A program made the position numbers and the translations under genes. A DNA stretch of 63,988 nucleotides, filler included, from Rozella allomycis CSF55 (taxonomy: Eukaryota), in assembly GCA_000442015.1 (NCBI GenBank). It is 18 parts of 18 records of this genome, joined end to end, with 100 filler letters (N's around TTAATTAATTAA, not from the genome) between each part and the next. Parts side by side here need not be neighbours in the genome. Positions count along the whole stretch, not along the records: positions 48,530 to 50,867 come from KE561239.1; positions 50,968 to 53,331 come from KE561242.1; positions 53,432 to 57,296 come from KE561245.1; positions 57,397 to 61,250 come from KE561249.1; positions 61,351 to 62,782 come from KE561250.1; positions 62,883 to 63,988 come from KE561255.1; 12 more parts are not named here. The stretch is one strand, 5' to 3'. Of this stretch, positions 50,853-63,188 are shown in pieces. Below the pieces are notes generated by a model that was given only the letters and a program-made list of their open reading frames with translations, was not told the origin of the DNA and ran no database searches. Numbering within the stretch: position 1 is the first letter of the stretch; the number at the start of each line of letters is the position of its first letter.

Positions 50853-51635
50853 ATAAACTCTTTAGAANNNNNNNNNNNNNNNNNNNNNNNNNNNNNNNNN
50901 NNNNNNNNNNNTTAATTAATTAANNNNNNNNNNNNNNNNNNNNNNNNNNNNNNNNNNNNNNNNNNNNACTCTGAATTGAATGCGGTTCAGTAGTTTTAAC
51001 ACTAACATTGTTCCTACTTTTTATTACTTACAAGTTACAAGCAACATTATAACATATGTATCATTCGCCTGGCCAAAAGAGACTTCCCCAACAGCGAAGT
51101 GTGAGAAACCACGATAAATTAAAGATATTCACTAACAGTCTCTTTTTTTCTAAATTTTACAGTTGTTCCTTTTTTGCCAGCTAATAAATTTCTACCAAGC
51201 TTCCCATTGAATCTTTCTTTCATTTATTAGCTGCTCTATTTGTTGATTTGCGATAATATCATTTTTTAAGTTGTTTGTGAAAATCTCGAGTAAAGATTTC
51301 TTAATTTCTTTTGGCAGGCTTGTCCTTTTTACCATATCTAATTTTTATGATAAAGCTTTAGGAAGGAAATCGGGATTCTCATGGCTCATTCCTTCACGTT
51401 GGCTGATTTGAAAGATTATTATAAATAATTTCGTCAACTCAAGCAAGTTGATTCATTATGCTAACAAACGACTTGACAAACCATGAGATTTTTAGATGTC
51501 TTTTGTGAAGTGAATCGTGATACAGTTTAAGTTATGGTACAAAGCGGATTTTGGCGAGGAAGCCAAAATCATATTTCTGAACCTTAAAAAAATATTACGA
51601 AATAGACTATCTTAAATATCCCTGTCACTTGTCAA

Positions 51636-53331
51636 ATGAAAACAAATGGTGTTTCCAAAAGAAAAGGAAAGGATGAGCACTCCGTACAGACCACCAAGAA
51701 GCCGAAATCGGACAAACTACAAGCAAGACTTGTAGAGCTAGAAGCACAACTTAAAGCTCAGGAAGAAAAAGCCAAAGTTGAAAAGGCGAAACGTGAAAAA
51801 GAAAAGGAACACAACTTAAAGCTCAAGAAGAAAAAGCCAAAGTTGAAAAGGCGAAACGTGAAAAAGAAAAGGAAGAGCTAGAAGCAAAAGTTAAAGCTCA
51901 AGAAGAAAAAGCCAAAGTTGAAAAGGCGAAACGTGTAAAGCTAGAAACAAAAGTTAAAGCTCAAGAAAAAGGTAAAATCATTACAAAACTTGTTTTTAGT
52001 GAATTTTCATGAATACAAAAAGAATCCTGAATATTTAAAGTATTTGGAAATAGGCAACAAATTACGAGACGAGCCCGAGTTTAAGAATGTTGAAGACTTA
52101 ATTAATGACATCAACACGACTGATATTAACGACGACTTGGCCTTTGTTGTTTTAGCGGCGTCAAGTGGCACTGGGAAAACTCAAACTGCGTTTACTTTGT
52201 TGGCTAATAATCGAAAGGTGAAATATGTGACGTGTTGCTCTGTCGGGGAGACTTCCCAAAATATTTATGAAGCATTTTCAAGCATTTCAGAAGGTTTCGC
52301 AAAATCTATTGACAGGGATCTGACAGTCTATAAAAGGTATGGCNAAATCGAAATGTGAAATATCTGACGTGCTGCCCAGTCGGGGATAGTCCCCAAAAGA
52401 TTTATCATGCATTTTCAAGAATTTCAAGCTGTTTCGCAAAATCTATTGACAGGGATCTGACAGTCTATAAAAGGTATGGCCTTGATAATTTCTGGGAGTT
52501 GAAAAATAACGATGATTTTAAGTTAATGTCGTATGGCTTTATTAAGGCGTATATTCTTGAGACTCCCAAGGTTGAAGCTATTACAAGAGAAGAAGTGCTA
52601 GTCTGCTTAGAGTCCCGTGATGTTATTTTTTTTCTGGATGAATTTCCTTGTAATGACGAAGAAAATCCAAAATTGACCAAACGTTTGCGCTACATAAGAA
52701 ATGTGTTTCGTTNGGTCCCGTGATGTTATCTTTTTTGTGGATGAATTTCCTTGTCATGACGAAAGAAATCCAAAATTGACCAAACGTTTGCGCTACATAA
52801 GAAATGTGTTTCGTTCATTAGATATTTGCCTCATTATTTCATCCACCAATACTACGGCAACAAATTTAGTTAAACCTTCGAATGCTTCAAGATGCGGATC
52901 TCGTAAATGGTGTTATGTCGTTACACGATTTCCAAAATTTAAATGTGATCCTGAGTTAAATCTCCCTGACTGGTTGCGTTATATTTTATCGAACAGTAGG
53001 CCATGGTTCTCAAGCGAAGCCCTATGATATTTTTCGCAAAATGTTTTCAGTGAAAATTGCTCAATTATAGATTATCTCAATTCTATGTTCAAAGAGCTGT
53101 TTCAGAAATTCCAGCTTAAAAAGGAATCTTACAAGGGATATTTACATGGTCAGGTATGCCTATTGTTAAGTACGAATCACATTGAGTCAAAAGATGGAGA
53201 AAGAAATAGTCTCATTGAAGGTCATTATGCAAATTTAATTGAAGAAGAAATTTTTACTTTATATTTAGCTAACCAATTATATAAAGATGATAAGGTTGAA
53301 TGGAGGCCACAATTTAAATTTCCTTCTCCTG
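51636..53331 (+). pseudogene. CRN-type P-loop NTPase with N-terminal coiled-coil repeats; frameshift and nonsense codon
   Basis: Walker A AASSGTGKTQ, Walker B IFFLDEF; in-frame TGA at 53025-53027; a 65-nt repeat unit breaks the frame. Confidence 0.7.
51735..51970 (+). repeat. Coding minisatellite (ELEAKVKAQEEKAKVEKAKRE), periods 65/75/63 nt
   Basis: ttaaagctca recurs at 51751, 51816, 51891 and 51954. Confidence 0.9.
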
Positions 53332-53583
53332 NNNNNNNNNNNNNNNNNNNNNNNNNNNNNNNNNNNNNNNNNNNNTTAATTAATTAANNNNNNNNNNNNN
53401 NNNNNNNNNNNNNNNNNNNNNNNNNNNNNNNTAACTATGGTTAATATTCCCCTGCTTCACCAATCTCTTCTTTTCTTTCAAATGCTTTATTATCTCCTTA
53501 CCAACACCCTTCACATACTCTTCTTGATTTTATATGGTTACTGACCCTTGGTCACCGTGGAACGGAAATTTACTGAAATCTAA

Positions 53584-55920
53584 ATGTCACAACAACAAAC
53601 AGTATTGCAGACTTTACTGCAAGCTGAACTTGAGTTGCGTCGTCTTTTAAGAACCGAAAAAAATGATAAAGAAATAAAAAGTCTCTCAGAACGCTGTAGA
53701 GAAATAAGGATTGACATACTATATGAACACAATCGTGACGAAAAAGACGAACAGAAAAAGAAGGAACGCATAAGAGCTATGAGACAATTAAAAGCTATGA
53801 ATTTGTTATCAAAAAACTCGGAGAATAAATTTATAAAGAGTTTGTCAGGGGAACACAGAGAGTTTTTCCAATTGTTTTGTGAATCCTGGCAAGTTGAAAT
53901 CGACAACATAAGTTTTTGGATTCAGGAATTCGAAAATACAAAACGATTAATACGGAAAAAAACATATTGCAAGGATGAAGAGATATCAGAGCATTTTGCT
54001 AAGTGGTTAAATACTGATATCGACGAACAATATTTTGATAAAATTGATACACATCCTGACAAATTGGGAATTCAAATAACGTAAACGATAAATGATCATT
54101 TAAGTAGTGGGAAAAGGATGTCTTTTCATAACTTCCTCGATATGCATCAGGATATCATTACGTATGGCACAGATTCCAATGCGCTTCCAAACGAACTGAA
54201 GGTTGTTGTCGACGAGATATTGTGCGAAAACACCGCTCTTAATGTAAATGTGTAACTTCCCAGTCATTTCAGGGCGTGGACCATACCAATGGGTTACGGG
54301 TTGTTGAAAAAAGTGACGCAAAATGGACAACAATAGGGAAAATGCAATCATCAGTTTTAGAAGACGTGTGTAACTTTGTCACAGTGGCTCTAAAGAGGGT
54401 CATTTATGAAAGTGCCAGTGAATATCTCTGTGATACCATGATCTACAGCAATTTTATCGATCGAGCTATCGTGTCACTATGTGAAGACAATGCTTGTTCA
54501 ATGTTTCTGGCCAAGTAAAACATATTTTTCCTTTTATTAAGAAATGATGAATTTAAAACTCAAATAAATCTATATTTTGACAATATGGTCTATCAGTTCA
54601 AGCCAAAACCAGATTGCATTGCTGGCGTCTCGGAGGAGCTAATCTTTTTTCTTTTTGAAGCCAAAAAAATCAAAAATGAACAGGATGAAGAGTAATGGTC
54701 CCATGCAACACTAGTTTTAGATTTTGCCTATTGGTTGAAAGTCTGGCATTCCTGAGAAGATTNAAAAGTTGATCAAAAGAAATGAATGGGCATTCAATAT
54801 GAGGAGAATAAGTGTAACTACATTTTTTTCGGTATATGCTGACGGTCTAACCTTCAAGTTTTACCTAAATTATTACGCTGACAAAAGGTTTAATTGCTTG
54901 AAATTCGCTCAAGTTACAATACGCGAAAGGCAAGATATCAAACGCTGTTGGCTCATATGCCGAAATATTTTTGCACATATTATTGAATCTTTTAAAGACG
55001 ATGACATCATTGTGAGATTAAAATCAGCCGTACTTAGCAATACAAGAGCGACAAGTTCGAAAAATCCGCCATTTTTAAGTCCTACACAAGCTGGGCTTAA
55101 AAAATCTAAAGATAATAGAAATTCAAACACACGCGTTTACCAGGTATTCTGTTTATTTATGTTACATAGTTAAATAATGAAACAGGGGTTGTAGAAAAAC
55201 TGTTTGAATCAGTTCAAAGCGCTGAACGAGAACTTAGCTTCTATCAAAGATTGAGTCAATCTAATGTTATTCCGCGTCTTATAGATCATAATGTTTGTTA
55301 TTCTCAAAATAAGCCATGCATTAGGCTGGAAGAAATATATGAGCGTAGTAGTGCGGTCAGAACATTAGAGGATTGGTTTTCTGTTTCGGAACAGCTCTTT
55401 GAAGTAACAATACATATTTGTTAATATATTTGGCAATCAAAGTCATTCACGCACATAAGGTGATGCATGGGGATATAACTCCCGGTAACATTCTTGTAGA
55501 TGAAAATGGGGTATTAAAATTAATCGACTTCGGCAACTCGTTCTTTTTTGATGAACTTCCCACAAGCTCAAATCATTGTGCGCCTGCATTTGCGGCTCCT
55601 GAAGATCTTCAAGAACAGTCAAGTGATTTGTATAGTGGCGCAAAAACGATGTTATGGTACTTACAACAGGTAAAGAAATTGGTCATAACTAATAGATTAA
55701 TACACTGCCAGATATAGAGCAGAAAATATCATATTGCCTCTCAAGATTATGTTTCGCAGTGCCAAAACTGCGTGCTACTCCAGATAAGGTCATTAACGCC
55801 CTACGACACGTAAAGTCTGGACTTAACGAAGATCTACTGCATAAGCATATTCCTAGCGCAGCAAAAATTAACTCACAAAATTGGATCGAAAAGGCTACAG
55901 AATTTTCGTTTCTCAAATAA
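53584..55920 (+). CDS. Multi-exon REase-fold + protein kinase fusion (CRN-like effector architecture)
   Basis: KPKPDCIAG..FLFEAKK PD-(D/E)xK motif near 54600-54670; kinase VVEK..ERE, MHGDITPGNIL, LIDFG, FAAPE, SDLYS; introns of 26-29 nt; N at 54763. Confidence 0.75.
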
Positions 55921-56005
55921 AGAACAATTTTCCTTTCCTTAGTTTTGGCTTGAATCCCAAGAATTCTGTTTCTAGTTGCTTTAAATCTTCATCCAGCATC
56001 ATCGA

Positions 56006-57165
56006 ATGCATCGATATTTTCTTATCACACTCAAATTGCCTTTCAATATGTTCAGGCTTCAACTGTTGCTTTCTCTTTGTTCGTATTGGCTTCCATCCAT
56101 TGACAATAACTATCTTGTAAGGATTGCTTCGCGTTTTGGATGGGGTGAAATAGTTAAATTGCTTATCGCAAATGAAAAGGTTAATCCCGCTGCAAATAAT
56201 AATTAGGCATTTAGAGAAAATCATGTGGATGTTGTAAAGGTTTTACTTGAAGATGAGAGGGTTGATCCCAGTTTTAATTATAATATTATGGTTAAAAAGG
56301 CTTCTGAAGAAGGAAACATAGAGATTGTAAAGTTACTAGTTAATGATTCAAGAATAGACCCAGCGCATAGTAATAATTATGCCATAAGAAAGGCATGGCA
56401 GAATGGACATATTGAAGTTGTGAAATTATTACTTTGTGATGGAAGAGTTGATCCCGTCAGCAGATGGTCAATCAAATGTTGTTAATCCCGACTTGTGACA
56501 ACCATTATGCTATTCGTACTGCATGGTTGAACGGACATACTGAGATTGTAAAGCTGTGGCTCCAAGATAAGAGGGTGAACCCAGGATTTAGCTATCATTT
56601 AATGGTTAAAAAGGCATCTGAAAATGGTGAAATTGAGATTGTGAAATTGTTAATAAATGATCCAAGAATAAATCCAGGATATGACAATAACTATGCGATA
56701 AGAAAGGCGTGGTTGAATGGACACAGAGAGATTGTAAAGTTGTGGTTGCAAGATGCTAGAGTTGATCCTAGTTTTGATTTTCATGCAATGGTTAAAAGAG
56801 CATCCGAAGAGGGGGATGCTGAAACAATAAGGTTGTTGATTAATGACAAGAGAATTGACCCTTCATTTCAAAACAATTATGCTATAAGAAAAGCTTGGAT
56901 GAATGGCCATACAAAAGTAGTAAAGTTGTTGTTGCAAGATGCGAGAGTTGATCCTGCATTTAATGACTATAAAATGATAATAAAGGCATCAGAGGATGGT
57001 GACACTGAAATAATAGAGATGTTGATTAATGACCCAAGAATAGACCCCACCTATAAAGATAATTTTGCTATTCGTGGTGCACTGTTAAATGGGCACATTG
57101 ATGTTGTTAATACATGGCTTAAAGATACGCGAGTTGATCCAAATCTTTGTTCTAGAATAAATTGA
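56006..57165 (+). pseudogene. Ankyrin-repeat protein (31-aa repeats); 5' half disrupted, 3' half open
   Basis: NYAIRKAW.NGH.EIVKL.L.D.RVDP alternating with ..MVKKASEEG..EIVKLLIND.RIDP; stop at 56206 and frameshift near 56470. Confidence 0.85.
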
Positions 57166-57396
57166 TTAATATTTTTGATCAATAAATCCTTTTGACCAAT
57201 TGTATAACTTTAAACTTGCACTTTAAACCTTTACAAATATTACTCTCTAATTATAGCACTTTAAACTTGCACTTTAATTTATTTAAATAATGCCAANNNN
57301 NNNNNNNNNNNNNNNNNNNNNNNNNNNNNNNNNNNNNNNNTTAATTAATTAANNNNNNNNNNNNNNNNNNNNNNNNNNNNNNNNNNNNNNNNNNNN

Positions 57397-58227
57397 TACA
57401 AGCGTAAACATACCTTGGTCTTCTTATAGTCGGATATAGGGTTATTTCTTGGAATATTATATCAGAGGGAAAACAAATCAAGGAGAGACCGAAAATGATA
57501 GATCAATTAAGGTCAGATTTCCCGCAAATAAAGCAATATGCCAGATTGACTGTTGTTATTGATGATCCCAACAAGAATTTTCAACTTGTAACTATATCTT
57601 TACATTTGGATAGAATTCTTCAAATGTTCTTGTGAAACAATATGATATACTCTCTGTTCAACCGACTACGGAAAAGGCATTCATGTCAGTATGCTCCAAC
57701 GTTGATTTTGACATACTCTCACTTGATATGTCAAATAGAATTTCATTCTTGGTAAAGCATAAACAAGCGAAACAACTACACGAGAAAAAGGTACAAATAG
57801 AAATAACATACACATCGTTTATGGCATCAGGTAGAATAGTCGATGATCAAGAAATCTAGACGATATACAAAAACGCTATGCTTTGTCTAATGCTATGCAA
57901 CTAGTTAGATCAAGCGGTGGAAAAAACATCATATTCAGTAGTGGAACTTTAGATTCTTTTAAACTGAGAGGTCCAGAAGATGTTTCTAACATGTAGGTTT
58001 ATTTTCTGTGTTTAACGAAAGGGCAGTTATGATGGGAATTAATGACAACGGTTTGGCCATGAAAACGGTAACCGAAAATCCCAGAACTACTATTTTCCAC
58101 GCAGGTAATGATTATTGGCGCATTTTTATTAGCTGCGAGATTGAAAACATATAGAGGTGTTGTAATGGAAGTTAAAGATATCCATGATTTTGAAGATGGA
58201 TTGGATTATGTCTCTTTCCAAGAATAG
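57397..58227 (+). CDS. RPP30: RNase P/MRP subunit p30 (Rpp1), 5' truncated
   Basis: QYARLTVVIDD, YDILSVQPTTEKAF..DILSLD, IEITY, GKNIIFSSG..LRGPEDVSN. Confidence 0.92.
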
Positions 58228-58489
58228 TATTGTATTAATTTAATAAAATCATTTTCTCAAACTAAAAATGGAGTGAATGTCTATTTTTAGGTCAGCCAAC
58301 TTGTTTCAATTGCACCCCCTTAAACCCTTTCTTCAGAATGGAGAGTCTTTATTGGGTATTAGNTTCTTTCCAAGAATAGTATTGTATGAATTTAATAAAA
58401 TCATTTTCTCAAACTAAAAATGGATTGAATGTCTATTTTTAGGCCAGCCAACTTGTTTCAATTACACCCCCTTAAACCCTTTCTTCAGA

Positions 58490-60964
58490 ATGGAGAGTCT
58501 TTATTGGGTATTAGACGACTACAACGGTGAATCTTCAAATACTCTGAATATTTTTAAGGAGCAAATAGTTTTGGTTTACCAAAAGGAAGAGACAGGCTGG
58601 TGGTATGGATACGTGAATGGTGAAGAAGGATGGATTCCAATGAATTATTTAGAAGAAATTAAACGTTTAAGGTACGGATATATATTTAAAAGAAATTAAG
58701 ACACATCGACGAATACAATTCATGGAAGAATATTTTGGAGTCCTACTGTACGATCATAGAGCAAGTGAAGCAAAACTCAGTTCAAAATAACGCATTTTAT
58801 GTTTTACACGACATTTGCTGCTTCACAGCGGCATCAAACAACAAGGAAAAGTTCTTTGAATTACTTGATACTGTCAACAGCATTATTAGGGATTACAAAA
58901 ACGGTGTAAACAATGAAAGAGCATTAGAATTACTAATACTTGCCTCAAATTTGAACTTTATAANAATTTTTTACACGACATTTGCTGTTTCACAGCGGCA
59001 TCAAGCAACAAGGAAAAGTTCTTTGAATTACTTGATACTGTCAACAAAATGAAATTTCTTTTTTCGACTAACCTTTCTTTTGTCTATAACAGTGCATCCC
59101 GAGCATACCAAGCTCGTTTTCTTGCTTCTTTTTTACAATCATTATGGGGGAAACCTTCTGAAGAGGCTGCTGTGACTTCACAGTGGACCTTTAGAAGGTC
59201 TAACCGTTCACACCGTGGGTTTATCCCAGTTCACAANACATGGAAGAAAATACTCCGTAGATTCGATTATCACACAGGACGTCAAATTCCAAAAGGCCAA
59301 AAAGTTTTTTGGTGAAAACCTGGATACAGTGCTCGAAGGTAAGTATGATGATGTATCCAATGAATACTGGTACCTTGAAACAGAAAACAACATTCAATGT
59401 ATCGAGTATTCTGCAGACGGATCAGTCAAAGCGGCCACTTTGGATTCGGCAATAATATATTTGACGACAACAGGTAAAATTATATGCACATATAAAATAG
59501 ATGATCCGAATTTCCGCGAGGCGTTCTTCACTACACTTTTGCAGTTTACGACTTCAAAGCTGATTATAGATTTAATGAAGCAAAGATTTTTCATAAATAC
59601 AGCGTTTCCATTGGACCAAAACGATGAAACCGTGTGGAAAACGACGTATTTGTATCCTATTAGGTTACGTATTCTGCAATGCCTAAAGTCATGGATAAGA
59701 CTAACGTTTCGGGCATCCGAAGACAGCGATTTGCTAGACGGTCTTAAAGATATACTTTCCAGTGAAGATGTATGCTTAAAGGGGAGAAATATGCTATGTA
59801 CCATAAACGAAATGATTCAAAATTCTCTCAGCGCCCATTCAAACCCCGTATCAATTCCCGACCAACCGTTTCCCTACCCTCTCGAAATGAGTCCTACCCT
59901 CATTCTATCCAATCACAAAGTAGCATCCCAGCANATTACGTATTCTGCAATGCCTAAAGTCATGGATGAGACTAACGTTTCGTGCTTCCGAAGACAGTGA
60001 ATTGCTAGACGGTCTTAAAGATATACTTTCCAGTGACGAGGTATGCTTAAAGGGGAGAAATATGCTATGTACCATAAACGAAATGATCCAAAATTCTCTC
60101 AACGCCCATTCAAACCCCATATCAATTCCCGACCAACCGTTCCCCTACCCACTTGAAATGAGTCCTACCCTCATTCTATCCAATCACAAAGTAGCATCCC
60201 AGCAGCTATGTCTTATCCAATTCGATCTCTTCAAATCCCTGCCCAAATCCTCGCTCGGTTTCCTGAAATGGTCCAACAAGGACACCAACCCCGCTTCCCT
60301 AAACTCAATCGACACTTTCTTTGAATCAGTAACCATAATCCATAACCTCAATTAGATTAGCAAATGGACAATCCACTCGATCCTGCGCCAAAAGAGCGCC
60401 AAACAGCGCAGCAATACGCTCAAGCAGTTCATCCGCCTAGCCTCCGAATCCCTCCGGATCCGCGACTACAGCTCGTTCATCGCCATCTGCTCGGCTCTCA
60501 AATCGTCGTACATTTCTAAACTCTCTGAAAGCTGGCAGCTAGCCGGTCTGAAATACCGACTCAAGATTGAAGACATGTCGCAGTACCTCGACCCATCGCG
60601 TAATTTCGGCAAGTATAGGGAGCTGCTGAGATCATCGCCGGCGCCGGCTGTGCCGTTTATGGGAGTGCATGTGCGCGATGTGATGTCGATACAGGCGAGC
60701 TACCCGACGCATACTGAGAAGATGTATGTGAATTTTGAAAAGTTTGGCAGGATGCATAGGATTATTGAGAGCGTGATGACGTTTCGGGATGTGGATTACA
60801 AGTATAGGAGGAATGAGGTGTATGATGTATTGTGCTGTTTGATTAAAAGTGCGGGTGATGTTGTTGAAGATGAGTTGAGTGGGATGATGGGCGAAGAGAG
60901 AGTGTCTGGTGTGAATAGTACCGAGACTATTCACAAAGCTCTTCAAGACTCTGGTTTTCTGTAG
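58490..60964 (+). CDS. SH3 + REM + CDC25 Ras guanine-nucleotide exchange factor
   Basis: SH3 GWWYG..EGWIPMNY; REM VKAATLD..FFTTLLQFTT..RLRILQCLKSW; GEF DPSRNFGKYRELL..PAVPFMGV..YVNFEK; haplotype duplications at N junctions. Confidence 0.92.
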
Positions 60965-61350
60965 AACGAAATAAAGTTGCAAAAAACAAGATTAAATCTC
61001 CAATAAATTTCAATTACTTTCAATTTTTTTTAAATATATACAATTAATTCAATAATCGTATTTATTAAGGATGAGGGATCCACATCGTCAAAATCACCGA
61101 GTCGAACCAGAAAATTCGGAAACATGGGTTGGGCTCGAACCATGCACCTAGACGTCNGAAAATTCGGAAACATGGGTTGGGCTCAAACCATGCACCTAGA
61201 CGTCCGCAAAGTTATACCTGGTCATACTTATGGAATGGAAAGAGGGCATTNNNNNNNNNNNNNNNNNNNNNNNNNNNNNNNNNNNNNNNNNNNNTTAATT
61301 AATTAANNNNNNNNNNNNNNNNNNNNNNNNNNNNNNNNNNNNNNNNNNNN

Positions 61351-61593
61351 TCCAATAAGAGCAAAAATGAGACTATAGATATTGAAGTCTTAAAAGAAAT
61401 AGAAGCAATTAAAAGTGGAATTGAAACTTTAAAGGAATTTCTGTGGTATCTTGGCTATATAATTAAAGTGTTAATCAATGTGATAGATGATTGGATATAT
61501 TTTGTCGATGTAGAAAGAGGTGCATGGGCGATGGACGTGATGGCTAGCATGAAATTTATGTTACAAAATATATTCACTTCAATTCAACTATAA
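61351..61593 (+). CDS. 3' fragment of an unidentified gene
   Basis: Coding-like sequence ending DDWIYFVDVERGAWAMDVMASMKFMLQNIFTSIQL*. Confidence 0.4.
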   Translation, partial: SNKSKNETIDIEVLKEIEAIKSGIETLKEFLWYLGYIIKVLINVIDDWIYFVDVERGAWAMDVMASMKFMLQNIFTSIQL

Positions 61594-61989
61594 AGCGATT
61601 CATAGAATTACGAAAATAACAAAATCTATTAAGAATTTGAAAAGAAAGCAATAATAAATATGTTATTACAACTCGAACCCTCCACTTTAATAATTGGCTA
61701 TTTTGTTTTCGATTTGCCTAATCTATTCAATGATGAATTTACATCAGAAGATTACCATAAAGAATAAATTCCATGGCAGACCAAGACCCCTGAAACTCTG
61801 TGTACAGTACTGGATTGTGCGCGCGCCTCTGCTGTAGCGCCTTGAGCAATATACTCCTTTCAGATTGTCATGCCTGTTGTTTCCAATAAGACTTTTGATA
61901 TTCATATTACGAATAAAGGCAATAAAAATACTTGACTTGATCTTATAAACATTTAAACTAGTTTTCCTCAATAAACACGTGTGGCACTC

Positions 61990-62782
61990 GCCTTGACAAT
62001 GTGCTCCACCAAGCCACCCAAAAAGATAGAAAATGTTTTTCATACTTTTCGCTTTCCTCCTTTTGCAAATCCTGTGTACTCCCAACAGCGAGCATACCAT
62101 AAACAACGCTTTAATATCATCAATATTTACAAACTATGGTAAGATATCTGGTGTGAATTTACAGAAAATGTGTTATCGCCACAGCGAATGTTGGTTCAAA
62201 AAGAGTCTCTGAAAAATTTGCAGAGTGATCTGAATTTCAAGTCGATTAGAGGCCATGTGTCGAGTATAGTGATGGTATCGCGTGTTGTGCAAACGGAGAT
62301 TGGATTGAAGCAGCTGTTGGATAAGATGGATGCGATGTGGAGTATAGGAAGTTCCAAGCTGACGATAAGTGTGCTTAATCTTGAGAATAGTAAATGGTTG
62401 ATGAGTGTGAGACACTAGTTGCGGATGCTATGAAAAATCATTATTATTATGGAGATGTTTCTGTCAAGGAAGTGGATGACACGTTTATAGAGTTTTTTGG
62501 GATGACGAGGGACCATTTGAATGATCTGGCGAGTGAGATTGTAGAGGTTAGGACGAGTGCGAGTAGATTGAAGAAGAATATGGTTAGTGTTGTGGAGGAT
62601 TTGGAGAAGAGTTTGTCTGGGAATAAGGAGAAGAGTAGTTTTAAGGGGCTTGTGGATAAAATGAGTGCAATGAGGTTGATGGATAGATGTTTTAAAAAGA
62701 AGCATGAGAGTAGAGATGTGGCTAGAGAGTTTATGGAAAATAATGGTGGGCTGACAATGCGCGAATATAACGAGTTGGCTTT
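61990..62782 (+). CDS. Unidentified multi-exon gene, 3' truncated; upstream part contains stops
   Basis: ORFs 62170-62418 and 62394-62782 can be joined by a 29-nt GT-AG intron; no family recognised. Confidence 0.45.
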
Positions 62783-62882
62783 NNNNNNNNNNNNNNNNNN
62801 NNNNNNNNNNNNNNNNNNNNNNNNNNTTAATTAATTAANNNNNNNNNNNNNNNNNNNNNNNNNNNNNNNNNNNNNNNNNNNN

Positions 62883-63188
62883 TATCTTCACAATCTTATT
62901 GATGGGGGAGAAGTAATCTCTATTATTGAAAAGGTCATGGATGCAATAAAGTACATTTCACAGAAACTTGTAGAGCACTCGAGATTTTGGTCTTCATCGG
63001 TACAAGCGGCACATAATCGTCACGATGATTTTCCTCAATTATGCGAAAAGTTTGTCAAATTGATATCATTAATGGATGAGACTTGGACAAATTTCTACTA
63101 CGATTTTGAAGAATCTCTTACCTTTAATATTTCAATTGCAAAAGTACTAGATCAATATTATGAGAAAATGTCATTTTTCAGGTACTGA
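62883..63188 (+). CDS. Fragment of an unidentified helical protein
   Basis: Open frame from the contig start; no motif recognised. Confidence 0.35.
   Translation, partial: YLHNLIDGGEVISIIEKVMDAIKYISQKLVEHSRFWSSSVQAAHNRHDDFPQLCEKFVKLISLMDETWTNFYYDFEESLTFNISIAKVLDQYYEKMSFFRY

Noticed and set aside
51180-51335. Minus-strand KRTSLPKEIKKSL resembling a TALE homeodomain start
   Set aside because: No WFxNxR helix-3 motif, and it contains stops.
53025-53027. In-frame stops in several accessory genes suggesting a variant genetic code
   Set aside because: All three stop codons occur in decayed regions, and conserved genes splice to clean frames ending in TAA, TAG or TGA; pseudogenisation and introns explain them.
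61109-61205. 47-nt direct repeat with a small hairpin
   Set aside because: Two copies around a single N; assembly artefact with no spacers.
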